Shown in pieces: positions 1 through 9,613 of a stretch of DNA of 64,000 nt (position 1 is its first letter; each line of letters begins with the position of its first letter). The stretch is from Candidatus Aminicenantes bacterium (lineage in GTDB: Bacteria > Acidobacteriota > Aminicenantia > Aminicenantales > JAFGBC01), in assembly GCA_963702005.1 (NCBI GenBank), contig OY969696.1:3328001-3392000 (forward strand). The letters run 5' to 3'. A model generated the notes under the pieces. It had not been told where the DNA came from and made no database searches. It saw only the letters and a program-made list of their open reading frames with translations. The translations under genes and the position numbers were made by a program.

Positions 1-2645
1 ACAAGGAGCGCCTTCGCCTTCCTGACGAGATCCGGGGCGAGGCCCAGCCGTTTAAGGTCGTCGGCGGCCTTTCTCAGCATCCAGAAATATTCGTAGTCCT
101 CGATCCCCTCCCGGATAAGCTCCCAGCGAATGGAGGGCGTCGGCCCTTCGATCCGCGTCCGGCCGTCCTTCCAGGCTCGGGGCGGATAGACCAGGCGGCC
201 GTCGCCGTTCCCCCACGTCCCGGCGACGCCGTCCTCGAAGTTATAGCTCATCGGATCCCGCCACGGATCTTGATAATCGGGAGGGGGAAAAACGGAATCC
301 TCGGTCCAATAATTCGTCGACCAGTAGAGATCCCCCTGAAGGCCGAAGCGCCAGGCCATCCAGAAGCGAATCCTGTGCTCGATCCCCGGATGGTCGATGA
401 AATTATTCGGATAGGGCGCGGGAGGCCAGGTGCAGACATACCACCAAACCTCCTCCCCGGCCGACTGCCGTTGTTTGGCCCAGCCGGTCTGGAACATATC
501 CAGGGTCGGCGACCAGATGTCGACGCGGCCGGCGAACTCCGGCTCGTACTGCTCGGTCAGGAGCCGCTTCAGCCGGGAATCCATCCGGTGGAGCATGTCC
601 ATGCCCTGGACCACGATCGGATACGTCTCCGGCTCGGGCTCGTCGTACCAGTAGGCGTAGGCCCGGTCCAGCCAGCCTTTGGCGGCGAGGTGATCCGTGA
701 TCGCGCGAAGCATCCGTCCGTAGGCTTTCTCGTAGGCCGGCGTCCCCCAGGCGAGGCCGAGGAAGCTTTCAAGGCTGTAGCGCCCCAGCGCGCCCCAGCC
801 GAAATAAGGCAGCGGCAGGAGAAAGGAATCCGCGCCCAGATCCTCCAATGCGAACCGGGCGGCCTTGTCGAAGCGCGTAAAATCAACTTGGATGGCGGCC
901 CGGTCCGGCGTCATTTCGAAATCCCCGTTAACGATTAGGTTGGCCCCCGTCCCGTTCTCCCGCAAGCTGATATCGTCGAACCAGGTCCGTCCCACGAGCT
1001 CGCCGGCATCGGTCCAACGACGCGCGTAGAGATAGACCCTGAACGAGGCCGCCCGCGGAGAGACGGCCGATGACGGGATCGAGGCCGAGCCGGACTGCCA
1101 AACGCCGTTCCCCGTTCTCTCGAAGTCGAGGTTCCAATAGGGAATCCATTCGTCGTTGCGGTCGTACTGATCGACCGCGACCAGGTAGTCGTGAGCTCCG
1201 TCCGTGCGCGCCCGCCAGGAGATCGTGTAGCGCGACCCGGCCCCGACCGCGACCGGAAGGTCCGATCGCGTCGAAACGGCCTCATCGGTTCGATCATCGC
1301 GGACCTCGAGGACTCGGTTCACGGAGCCGGGAGAGGCGGGATCGGTCCGGATGGTGCCGTCCATCCAGTTCCAATCCGGCAAGGACACCTGGACGCCGTC
1401 GTCCCCGAAGGGATCGTAAACGCTGATCCGATGCGACGCGAAGTCGCGCAGGTACATCCTCAGGACTTGCCGCCTGTCGTCGCGCCGTCCCCTGAGATTG
1501 TGGTAGCGGTCGATCGCGCCTAAGTCGAGGCCATAGGCGGTCCTCACGTGCCGCTCCTCGGGCATGTCGAAGTCCCAGACGCGGAGGCGGAGCGGAACGT
1601 CCACGGCGGCGGCCGCGGCAAACCGGAGCCGGAGCGTCCCGCGGTATTCGCCGGCCGGGGCCGAATCCGGCACCCGGACATCGAACCAGAGAGGCTGCTG
1701 GCGGCCGGCTTCGAGAGCGAGGGGCGGCCGGAGCAACGGAAGAGGGTCCGGGGTCTCGCCCCGGAAATAGGGAACGTCCGTCGGCTTGGTTACGTTCAGA
1801 TAGGCGACCTCGCGGGTCGTGAAACTCGCCCCGGGGATAGTCGATCCGGCCGGGCCGTTCAAATCCGAAAAGGCCGCACCAACAAGCGTGTCCCCACCTT
1901 GGGGCCAGAGGATGACTTGAAAAGGCTCGGTTTCGCCCCGAGCGGCCGTCAAATGGACGAACGAGACGCCGGGGGCCGACGCGGCCAAAGTCGCATCTCT
2001 CCTAACCTTCTCCTCGACCGGAGCCTGCCAGAGGCGAACCGGGCCGCTCCGGCGGATCCAGCGTCCCCGCACGGTCGTATCCGGCTGCTTCTCCTCGAGC
2101 CGAATATCGTCGAACCAGGCTTGCCCGGTCCGGTCTCCGGATTCCGTCCAGAGGACGGGCCTCAGGACGACCCGGATGGACTTCGTATCCGCGTTGAAGG
2201 CAAAGACGGGCAAGGCAAACTTCGTCCAGGACTTCGAGGTCGGAATGGAAAAATCCTGGTTGTTGCCGCTGATCCAGCGTCCGGCCCCATCGTACTGGTC
2301 GAGGCTGACCAGGGCCAGCTGGCCCTCGGCCGCGCCGCGGGCCCAGACCTGAAGAAGATAGGTCCGATCCTGAGCGACGGCGATGAGATCGGCCGTCCAG
2401 GCCGCGATATCGCCCGCGGGGTCATTGTCATCGACGCGGAGGCAATTTAATCCCTCGTGGGGATTCGTCCGGTCGATGATGCCCCCCTCCCATCCGGTCC
2501 GTCCTTCCTCGAAGCCGCCGTTGGTCACGAGATTTTGGGATGCGAATAGGGCCGCCGACGCGATCCCCAAGAAAATCCCGGCCGCCCTGACGGCCCGAGC
2601 GAGCGGGCGTCGCGGGTTGCCGAATATCGGCCGCTCCGTCCCCAT
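1..2645 (-). CDS. Secreted DUF4091/GH123-like glycoside hydrolase with two CBM-like (CBM_4_9-type) domains; 3' end runs off the window
   Basis: Absent from the ORF track because it has no stop in the window. Manual translation from ATG 2645 gives MGTERPIF...GIFLGIASAALFASQNLVTNGGFEEG...YWYDEP...EVWWYVC...GDLYWSTNYW...GNGDGRLVYPP...PSIRWELIREGIEDYEY, which are typical DUF4091 motifs. Confidence 0.85.
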   Translation of the reverse strand, partial: MGTERPIFGNPRRPLARAVRAAGIFLGIASAALFASQNLVTNGGFEEGRTGWEGGIIDRTNPHEGLNCLRVDDNDPAGDIAAWTADLIAVAQDRTYLLQVWARGAAEGQLALVSLDQYDGAGRWISGNNQDFSIPTSKSWTKFALPVFAFNADTKSIRVVLRPVLWTESGDRTGQAWFDDIRLEEKQPDTTVRGRWIRRSGPVRLWQAPVEEKVRRDATLAASAPGVSFVHLTAARGETEPFQVILWPQGGDTLVGAAFSDLNGPAGSTIPGASFTTREVAYLNVTKPTDVPYFRGETPDPLPLLRPPLALEAGRQQPLWFDVRVPDSAPAGEYRGTLRLRFAAAAAVDVPLRLRVWDFDMPEERHVRTAYGLDLGAIDRYHNLRGRRDDRRQVLRMYLRDFASHRISVYDPFGDDGVQVSLPDWNWMDGTIRTDPASPGSVNRVLEVRDDRTDEAVSTRSDLPVAVGAGSRYTISWRARTDGAHDYLVAVDQYDRNDEWIPYWNLDFERTGNGVWQSGSASIPSSAVSPRAASFRVYLYARRWTDAGELVGRTWFDDISLRENGTGANLIVNGDFEMTPDRAAIQVDFTRFDKAARFALEDLGADSFLLPLPYFGWGALGRYSLESFLGLAWGTPAYEKAYGRMLRAITDHLAAKGWLDRAYAYWYDEPEPETYPIVVQGMDMLHRMDSRLKRLLTEQYEPEFAGRVDIWSPTLDMFQTGWAKQRQSAGEEVWWYVCTWPPAPYPNNFIDHPGIEHRIRFWMAWRFGLQGDLYWSTNYWTEDSVFPPPDYQDPWRDPMSYNFEDGVAGTWGNGDGRLVYPPRAWKDGRTRIEGPTPSIRWELIREGIEDYEYFWMLRKAADDLKRLGLAPDLVRKAKALL

Positions 2646-2654
2646 TTCGAGTGA

Positions 2655-2683
2655 AGAATAGCCCCCGTCGCCGGGACTGTCAA
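2655..2683 (-). promoter_or_regulatory. sigma70-type promoter TTGACA-N17-TATTCT for the DUF4091 gene
   Basis: The reverse complement reads TTGACA gtcccggcgacgggggc TATTCT, 9 nt before the ATG. Confidence 0.6.
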
Positions 2684-2704
2684 TCCCGCAACGGCCTATT
2701 TTTA

Positions 2705-2733
2705 TTGACATCTACGTATCCGACGAATAAAAT
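2705..2733 (+). promoter_or_regulatory. sigma70-type promoter TTGACA-N17-TAAAAT
   Basis: Near-consensus hexamers with 17-bp spacing upstream of the first SBBP gene. Confidence 0.7.
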
Positions 2734-2824
2734 TGCGGCCATGGGGGTCGCGATCTCGGCCAAGCGATCCGATGCGTTATTGGGGCCTTGAAAAGATAAA
2801 GATGTGGCCGGGAAAGGAGGTTCC

Positions 2825-4906
2825 GTGATTAAAATCATCCGCGTTTCCGCACTGGTTTTGGCGGCGCTCTTACCGTTGACGTCTTTTTGCGAGACGGGTT
2901 CGACTCTCGCGTCTCGGCATGCCTATACCCCCGTCCCGGACTTCGGGCGCATCCCTCTTTATTTCATCCCTAACCGGGGGCAGCGAGATTCCAGGACCCT
3001 TTTCTATGCCGCGACATCGCGCTACACTCTGTGGCTGACCGAACAGGGCATGGCCTTCGGCTCTTCGCGGCTCGAATTCCCGGGCGCCAGCTCAAAATTG
3101 AAAGTCGTCGCGGCTGACCCTTCCGACTATCGAGTCAGCTACTTCGAAGGGAGCGATCCAGAGCGCTGGCAAGCCGGCCTTCCCACGTCGGCGGCAGTCC
3201 TCTACCAAGGCCTCTACGACAGGATTAACCTCAAGATTTACGGCGTCGAGCGGGAAGTCGAGTACGACTGGATCGTCGAGCCCGGCGGCGATCCGGGACG
3301 GATCCGGATGGCCTATCGAGACGTCCGTAAAACGGGGATCGACCGGGAGGGAAACCTCGTCGTCGAGACCGCCTTGGGCGAAATCGCGCATCGCAAGCCC
3401 GAGGCCTACCAAGTCATCGACGGCCGGCGGATCGCGGTCGAGGCCGCCTTCAAGACAATCGGAAAGGACGAATACGGCTTTCGGGTTGGAACATACGATC
3501 CGGCCCGCGACCTCATCATCGATCCTTACGTCGTAGTCTATTCCACCTATCTGGGAGGGTCGCTCTTTGATAGATGCTCGGGATTCGCTATAGATACCGC
3601 AGGCGCCCTTTATATAGCCGGCTATTCGGAGAGCGCCGATTTCCCGGCATCCACTTCGGCGAACGGGGCAGCGGCCAGAAACGACGATTTCGTGACAAAG
3701 CTATCGCCTGACGGACAAAGTCTCATCTACACCGTTTTCCTCGCGGTCGGCCAACCTCAGGAATTTTTCGTTTACCCGGGACTCGCCGTCGACGCCGCGG
3801 GAGCGGCTTACCTCGCCGGCACGACGCAAACCCATACCTTCCCCGTCAAGAATGCCTTCCAACCCAAGTTCGGCGGCGGCTACCTCGACGCCTTCATCAC
3901 GAAAATCGCTCCCGACGGCCGAAGCCTCGTCTACTCGAGCTTCCTGGGAGGTGGCGAAATAGATGCCTGCGGATCCGTCGCGGTGGACGGAAAAGGCACC
4001 GCTTACATCGCGGGATACACCTGGAGCAGCGATTTCCGCGTCAAGAACGCCTATCAAGCCAATACCGCAGGCGCGTTGGAGGCCTTTGTCACAAAGGTGG
4101 CCCCGAACGGAAAGAGCCTGGCTTATTCAACCTATCTCGGCGGATCAGGTCATGATGAGGGCTGGGGGATCGCCGTGGACAGCAGCGGCGCCGCTTACGT
4201 CGTCGGCACGACGGAAAGCGCCAATTTTCCGACGAAGCACGCCTATCAAAAAACCTTGAAGGGCATGGGCAACCTCTTTGTCACAAAATTCGCCCCGGAC
4301 GGGAGAAGCCTCTCTTATTCCACGTTCTGGGGCAGTCAGAAGTACGACTATGCGGCCGCGATCGCGGTGGATGGCGGCGGATACGTCTATGTCTTGGGCT
4401 ATACCTACGGCAACATCACCATGAAGAATGCGCTCCAGCCGGTCCGCAAGGGTTCGGATGACGTCATCCTGGCCAAGTTCGCTCCGAACGGCCAAAGCCT
4501 CGTTTTCTCGACCTATCTGGGAGGATCGGCATCCGACTGGAGCAACAGCCTGGCCGTGGATAAGGACGGAGCGGTCTATGTCACGGGCGGAACCGGGAGC
4601 TACAATTTTCCCAAGAAGAACCCCTGCCAAACGGCCCTCAAGGGTAAGTATGATGCTTTCGTGACAAAATTCGATCCCAGCGGCCGGAGCCTTGCCTTCT
4701 CGACTTTCCTCGGGGGGGCTTACCAGGATTTCGGAATCCGGACCGTTGCCGGACCGGGCGGAGAGATCTACGTCGCCGGCTACACGAACAGCCTCGATAT
4801 CCCCGTGGTCAAACCCTATCAGAAAAAGTATGGCGGCGGGGAAGACGATCTTTTTATCACAAAATATTCCTCTGGGGCCCAGACGGCGGGCCGGAAGCGA
4901 CGCTGA
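2825..4906 (+). CDS. Secreted SBBP (beta-propeller) repeat protein
   Basis: AGGAGG RBS then GTG at 2825; signal peptide; N-terminal FIPNRGQ...LYQGLYDRINLKIYG domain; repeated YSTYLGGS-x-D...IAVD-x-GAAYV-x-G-T-S-x-FP units. Confidence 0.85.
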   Translation: MIKIIRVSALVLAALLPLTSFCETGSTLASRHAYTPVPDFGRIPLYFIPNRGQRDSRTLFYAATSRYTLWLTEQGMAFGSSRLEFPGASSKLKVVAADPSDYRVSYFEGSDPERWQAGLPTSAAVLYQGLYDRINLKIYGVEREVEYDWIVEPGGDPGRIRMAYRDVRKTGIDREGNLVVETALGEIAHRKPEAYQVIDGRRIAVEAAFKTIGKDEYGFRVGTYDPARDLIIDPYVVVYSTYLGGSLFDRCSGFAIDTAGALYIAGYSESADFPASTSANGAAARNDDFVTKLSPDGQSLIYTVFLAVGQPQEFFVYPGLAVDAAGAAYLAGTTQTHTFPVKNAFQPKFGGGYLDAFITKIAPDGRSLVYSSFLGGGEIDACGSVAVDGKGTAYIAGYTWSSDFRVKNAYQANTAGALEAFVTKVAPNGKSLAYSTYLGGSGHDEGWGIAVDSSGAAYVVGTTESANFPTKHAYQKTLKGMGNLFVTKFAPDGRSLSYSTFWGSQKYDYAAAIAVDGGGYVYVLGYTYGNITMKNALQPVRKGSDDVILAKFAPNGQSLVFSTYLGGSASDWSNSLAVDKDGAVYVTGGTGSYNFPKKNPCQTALKGKYDAFVTKFDPSGRSLAFSTFLGGAYQDFGIRTVAGPGGEIYVAGYTNSLDIPVVKPYQKKYGGGEDDLFITKYSSGAQTAGRKRR

Positions 4907-4941
4907 GCGGACTAGGAGGATTGGCGCCGGCGCAGCGGCTC

Positions 4942-6120
4942 TCAGGTCAGGTTGAGGCCGCGGTGCTTGGCCGCGATCGCCTCGGCTAAATCGTCGAGCG
5001 CCCTGAACTCCTTGTCTCGCGGATAGCCCTTAGCCAAGACGGGCGGCAGTATCTCGACCTTAAGATTCGGGATGAGGGCCGCGATCTGCTCGACCGGCTT
5101 GGCTGCCCAGCCGAACGACCCGATGACCGAAGCGAACTTGAGCTTGGGCCGGAGGGCGTTGGCCAGCATCGCGGCGTAGGCGACCTGGGGATGAGCGCCG
5201 ACGTGGACGGCCGGCGTCCCGATGACGACCGTGGCCGCGTCGACCAGGCTCATCGCCAGCTTCCCGATATCGGCGCCGGCCATGTTGAACTGTTGGACCC
5301 GGACGCTCCGCTCGACGAGCGCGCCGACCAGGCGCTCGACCATCTTGGCCGTGCTGCCGTGCATGGTCACGTAGGGAATGACGACCTCGTTGCGCGGCAG
5401 GTCGGAGATCCACTCCTTGTAAGCGTCGATAATGAGCGAGGGGCGGCCGTAGACCGGGCCGTGGCTGGGGGCGATGAGGTCGATCGGCTTCGCCTCGACC
5501 TTGGCGATATTCCCCTTGATCGTCGTCCGGAAAGGCATCATGATCTCGGCGTAATAGCGCTTGGCGTCCTCGAGGACGTGGGCCTCGTCCTTGACCAAGG
5601 GCTCCGAGGTCGCCGCGTGCGAGCCGAAGAAATCGCAGCTGAATAGGATCCTGTCCTCGCGGAGGTAGCTGCACATTGTCTCCGGCCAGTGGACCCAGGG
5701 CGTATAGATGAACTCGAGGATCTTGCCGCCCAGGTCGAGCGTCTCGCCGTCCTTGACGACCCGGATGCGCCCCTCGGGAAGGTCGAGGTGGTCGATGAGC
5801 ATCGGCTTGGCCTTCTCGGAGCAGAGGACCACAGCTGTGGGATATTTCTGCAAGACCTGGGGGAGGGACCCCGAATGGTCCTGCTCGACATGATGGGAAA
5901 CGACATAGTCGATCGCGACGATCGGCTCGAGCTGTTCCATGAGGACGTGGAGCATGGTCGGCTCGACGGTGTCGATGAGAACCGTCTTGTCCCGGCCGCG
6001 GACGAGGTAGGCGTTGTAGCTCGTCCCGTCGGGGAGGGGGATCAGCGAATCGAACAGGCGCCGGTCCCAGTCCACGGCGCCCATGGCCAGGACGTTGTCG
6101 CGCAGGGGTCTCGGCTTCAT
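4942..6120 (-). CDS. fprA: Flavodiiron protein (A-type flavoprotein, NO/O2 reductase)
   Basis: GTSYNAYL, HVEQDHSG, HWPE, SCDFFGSH and IAPSHG metallo-beta-lactamase motifs plus a flavodoxin domain (YVTMHGST, GSFGW). Start at MKPRPL with an AAGGAG RBS. Confidence 0.93.
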   Translation of the reverse strand: MKPRPLRDNVLAMGAVDWDRRLFDSLIPLPDGTSYNAYLVRGRDKTVLIDTVEPTMLHVLMEQLEPIVAIDYVVSHHVEQDHSGSLPQVLQKYPTAVVLCSEKAKPMLIDHLDLPEGRIRVVKDGETLDLGGKILEFIYTPWVHWPETMCSYLREDRILFSCDFFGSHAATSEPLVKDEAHVLEDAKRYYAEIMMPFRTTIKGNIAKVEAKPIDLIAPSHGPVYGRPSLIIDAYKEWISDLPRNEVVIPYVTMHGSTAKMVERLVGALVERSVRVQQFNMAGADIGKLAMSLVDAATVVIGTPAVHVGAHPQVAYAAMLANALRPKLKFASVIGSFGWAAKPVEQIAALIPNLKVEILPPVLAKGYPRDKEFRALDDLAEAIAAKHRGLNLT

Positions 6121-6240
6121 GGCTCGTCTCCTTGGAATCGAGATCGATCGAACGATTGATTTTACCATATCTTCTTCGGTTTTTCCGCTTGATTTTGACA
6201 TGGTCCGGGATTAACATTGAATCATCGGAAGGAAGGAACC

Positions 6241-8838
6241 ATGAGAAAAATCTTTTTAGTTGCTTTCATCCTTTCGGCTGTCTTTGCCGTCGGCGTCGGA
6301 CAGGGTCAAAAAACGGACCCGCCCGCCGTGGGCCTTGATCCGAATTTCGGGTCGCTGCCTCTGACTTTCATTCCCAACCGGGGACAGGTCGAAGCCCCGG
6401 CCCTCTTTTACGCCCGAACGTCGGCCTACACGCTTTGGCTGACCGAGTCCGCCCTGACCTTCGAATCTCGGCAAACCGCCCGGCCGCCGGCCCCCCCGCT
6501 CTCCGTCCGGGAAGCGACCCGGCTCGAGTTCGTGGGCGCCGCCCCCCATCCCGTCGTCATCGCCCAAGACCCCTCTCCCGGCGTCGCTAATTTTTTCCTA
6601 GGCAACGACCCGGCACGATGGAAGACGGGACTGACAACGTCCCGGGCCGTCCTCTACCAGGAGCTTTATAAGAATATCGACCTCAAGGTTTATGGCAGCA
6701 ACCGAACCGTCGAATACGACTGGATCGTGAGGCCGGGAGGGAACGTTCGGGACATCCGGTTCCGGATAGCGAGCGACGCTCGTCCGTCCCTCGATAAGGA
6801 CGGGAACCTCGTCCTGCGTGCCCGTCATGGAGACTGGGTCCAGCGCCGGCCGACCGCCTTTCAGGTCATCGACGGAAAGCGGAAAGAAGCGCGGGCGGAG
6901 TTCCGGATGGCCCCCGGCGGCTCGTTCGGCCTCGCCGTATCGGGCTACAATAAAGCCTATCCCTTGACGATCGACCCGGTCATTTCCCTCATGTTCTCGA
7001 CCTTCCTGGGCGGGAGCAAGAACGAGAGCGGCCGCGACCTGGCCGTCTCGGCCAACGGAAACGTCTTTGTCGCCGGCTATACCGATTCCTCCAACTTTCC
7101 GGTCAAAGCGGGCGTCAGCCTCGTCCCGGCCGGATCTCAGGACGTTTTCGTGACCAAGTTTGCCGCCTCGGGCCGGGACCTGATTTATTCCACCTACATC
7201 GGAGGCAAGGGATCCGACCGGGCCTTCGGGATCGCCCTTAAGGAAGGGACGGCCTATATCACCGGGTCCACCAACTCCCAGGACTTCCCCGTCAGGAACG
7301 CCTTCCAAAATGCCGCCGGAGGGAGCGGGGACGCCTTCGTGGTCAGGCTTCATCCCAGCGGCGGCGTCCTCGAGTATTCGACGTACTTGGGCGGAAAGGG
7401 CACGGACGCCGGACAGGACATCGCCGTGGACGGCGAGGGGGCCGCTTACGTCACGGGATTCACGTCCTCGTCCGATTTCCCGCTGGTCTCCGCGCTGGAT
7501 TCGAAGATCGCGGGCCAGGATGCTTTCGTCAGCAAGCTCGCGCCGACCGGGGCGTCCCTTGTTTATTCGACTTTCCTGGGAGGACTTGGCCAGGACGCGG
7601 GCCAGGGGATCGCCCTCAACGATCAGGGCGCGGCTTTCATCGCCGGTTCGACGACCTCCAAGGATTTTCCGGTCCAGTACGCTTATGACGGGAACTACAA
7701 CGGAAACGGGGACGCCTTCGTCACCCGCCTCTCCCCGTCCGGCCGTTCCCTGACCTATTCGACCTACCTGGGCGGCGCGAACGCCGACGTCGCCTACGGA
7801 GTCGCCTTAGATAAATCCGGGGCCGTGTATGTCACGGGCCAGACGGATTCTTCCGACTTCCCGGTCAAAAATGCCTACGACGGAACCCTAGACGGGAAAG
7901 ACGCCTTCGTGACCAAGCTCGCTCCGTCGGGGAAAAGCCTCGGTTATTCGACCTTCCTGGGAGGCGCCAAAGACGACGCCGGGCTGGGGATCGCCGTCCA
8001 GACCGACAACACGGCCTCGGTAACGGGGTTTACGCTGTCGTCCGACTTCCCGACTCTGGCCAGCATCGACAATACTTATAACGGCAACCAGGACGCCTTT
8101 CTGGCCAAAATGACTTCAAGCGGTTCCAAGATCGTCTACTCGACGTTCTTGGGCGGCAACAAGAAGGACACGGCCTACGCGGTCGCCGTCGACGCCAAAA
8201 AATTCAGCTATCTCGCGGGCGCCACCCTCTCGGATAATTTCCCGGTCCGGGCCGCCTTCGACGGGGTCTGGAACGGCGGGGAGGACGCGTTCGTCGCCAA
8301 GTTCGCCGACGTCGACATGCAAATCACGAACGTCCGCATACGCTACTTCGGAATGCCCGATGAAGTGGATGTCACCGGCCAGAACTTCGGCGATCATCAG
8401 GGCGCCAAGCGGCTCCTCTGCGACGGCGTCCCCGTTCCTCTCGACAAGACGCTCTGGTGGTCCAACAATTCGATCAGCCTGTGGACAAGCGGCTGGCTGT
8501 ATCCCGCGATCTACTGGGACCATTTCTACACCTTCGCCATCCAAGAAGGCACGACAGTCATCTCCAACACGCATACCCAGAGGTTCCTGATCCATATCGA
8601 TCAGGTGACGCCCGCTAGCGGGGCGACGGGAGCCACCATCGACATCTACGGATGGACCTTCGGGGCCACTCAGGGATCGAACGTCCTCAAGCTCGGCTCC
8701 TATACCTTCTCCATCGTCAGCTGGGGCAACACCCATATCCAAGCGCAGGTTCCGGGGAATCCCGCCGGGAGCTACAACATCTATATTCAAAGAGGGTCGG
8801 ACATCATTTCGGACCTGTATCCTTTCACGCATCTGTAA
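6241..8838 (+). CDS. Secreted SBBP repeat protein with C-terminal IPT/TIG-like domains
   Basis: Signal peptide MRKIFLVAF; same N-terminal domain and YSTFLGG repeats as 2825-4906; C-terminal ITNV...VTGQNFG...WSNNSI and VTPASG...IYGWTFG...SWGNTHIQAQVP. Confidence 0.85.
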   Translation: MRKIFLVAFILSAVFAVGVGQGQKTDPPAVGLDPNFGSLPLTFIPNRGQVEAPALFYARTSAYTLWLTESALTFESRQTARPPAPPLSVREATRLEFVGAAPHPVVIAQDPSPGVANFFLGNDPARWKTGLTTSRAVLYQELYKNIDLKVYGSNRTVEYDWIVRPGGNVRDIRFRIASDARPSLDKDGNLVLRARHGDWVQRRPTAFQVIDGKRKEARAEFRMAPGGSFGLAVSGYNKAYPLTIDPVISLMFSTFLGGSKNESGRDLAVSANGNVFVAGYTDSSNFPVKAGVSLVPAGSQDVFVTKFAASGRDLIYSTYIGGKGSDRAFGIALKEGTAYITGSTNSQDFPVRNAFQNAAGGSGDAFVVRLHPSGGVLEYSTYLGGKGTDAGQDIAVDGEGAAYVTGFTSSSDFPLVSALDSKIAGQDAFVSKLAPTGASLVYSTFLGGLGQDAGQGIALNDQGAAFIAGSTTSKDFPVQYAYDGNYNGNGDAFVTRLSPSGRSLTYSTYLGGANADVAYGVALDKSGAVYVTGQTDSSDFPVKNAYDGTLDGKDAFVTKLAPSGKSLGYSTFLGGAKDDAGLGIAVQTDNTASVTGFTLSSDFPTLASIDNTYNGNQDAFLAKMTSSGSKIVYSTFLGGNKKDTAYAVAVDAKKFSYLAGATLSDNFPVRAAFDGVWNGGEDAFVAKFADVDMQITNVRIRYFGMPDEVDVTGQNFGDHQGAKRLLCDGVPVPLDKTLWWSNNSISLWTSGWLYPAIYWDHFYTFAIQEGTTVISNTHTQRFLIHIDQVTPASGATGATIDIYGWTFGATQGSNVLKLGSYTFSIVSWGNTHIQAQVPGNPAGSYNIYIQRGSDIISDLYPFTHL

Positions 8839-8855
8839 CGGGCGGATCGGCCTCG

Positions 8856-8877
8856 GGAAGGGGACGCTTCCCCTTCC
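8856..8877 (+). terminator. GC-rich hairpin downstream of the SBBP gene
   Basis: GGAAGGGGA-cgct-TCCCCTTCC, with no immediate U-tract. Confidence 0.35.
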
Positions 8878-8963
8878 GCGGCGGCGCCCGCGCTCGCGCT
8901 CAAGGGTTCGGGCCGGGTTCGGCCGGCCTCTTTAAATTTTTTTCGCGCCTAAGCATATCCTGT

Positions 8964-8993
8964 GCCAACCCGGTCATCCCGGCCTCCGTCTAA
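8964..8993 (+). promoter_or_regulatory. Putative ECF sigma (auto)promoter GCCAAC-N17-CGTCTAA
   Basis: AAC...CGTC motif typical of ECF promoters, directly upstream of an ECF sigma gene; the same motif recurs at 20897-20926 and 62278-62307. Confidence 0.65.
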
Positions 8994-9010
8994 AAGAATA
9001 TGGAGTCGAA

Positions 9011-9613
9011 ATGAACCCTGGCGATGATGCCCTTCTGGCCGACCGGCTGTCCCGGGGCGATCCCGCCGCCTTCAGGGAGTTCCTCGAAAGCCATAAGAAG
9101 CCCGTCTACGGCCTGGCTTACAGGATGACGGGAAACCATGCCGACGCCGAGGATATCTCCCAGGAGGTGTTCGTGAAAATCTTCCGGTCGATCGGGACCT
9201 TCGACAAGACCGCTAAGCTGAGTTCCTGGGTGTACCGGATCACCGCGAACGCCGCCATCGACCACCTCAGGCGTAAGCGGCTGGTTCCTGCCGATTACAG
9301 GAAAGTCAGGATCGACGACCCGGCCCAGTTCGCGGCCCGCTGGGAGGTCGTCTCGGGACGGAACCCGGCCCGGGAGGCCGAATCCCGGCTGCTGGGCCTG
9401 AGAATCGAGAGCGCCTTGAAGGCCGTCTCCGAGAGGGAAAGGGCCGCCTTCATCCTGCGGCACTACCATGACCTTGACCTCAAGGAGATCGCCGAAACCT
9501 TGGGGGTCAGCCCGGGCGCCGTCAAGAGCTACCTGTTCAGGGCCATCCGGAAACTCCAGAAAACGCTGGGATCGATCGATTCCACCCGGACGACGGAGGC
9601 CGCCCATGATTAA
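9011..9613 (+). CDS. ECF RNA polymerase sigma factor
   Basis: Region 2 (DAEDISQEVFVKIF...SWVYRITANAAID) and region 4 (LKEIAETLGVSPGAVKSYLFRA). Confidence 0.93.
   Translation: MNPGDDALLADRLSRGDPAAFREFLESHKKPVYGLAYRMTGNHADAEDISQEVFVKIFRSIGTFDKTAKLSSWVYRITANAAIDHLRRKRLVPADYRKVRIDDPAQFAARWEVVSGRNPAREAESRLLGLRIESALKAVSERERAAFILRHYHDLDLKEIAETLGVSPGAVKSYLFRAIRKLQKTLGSIDSTRTTEAAHD

Noticed and set aside
270-2450. Plus-strand ORFs 270-938 and 1548-2450 and small minus-strand fragments suggesting a degraded region
   Set aside because: They are shadows of one intact minus-strand DUF4091 gene (2645 to <1) that the ORF track omitted because it lacks a stop in the window.
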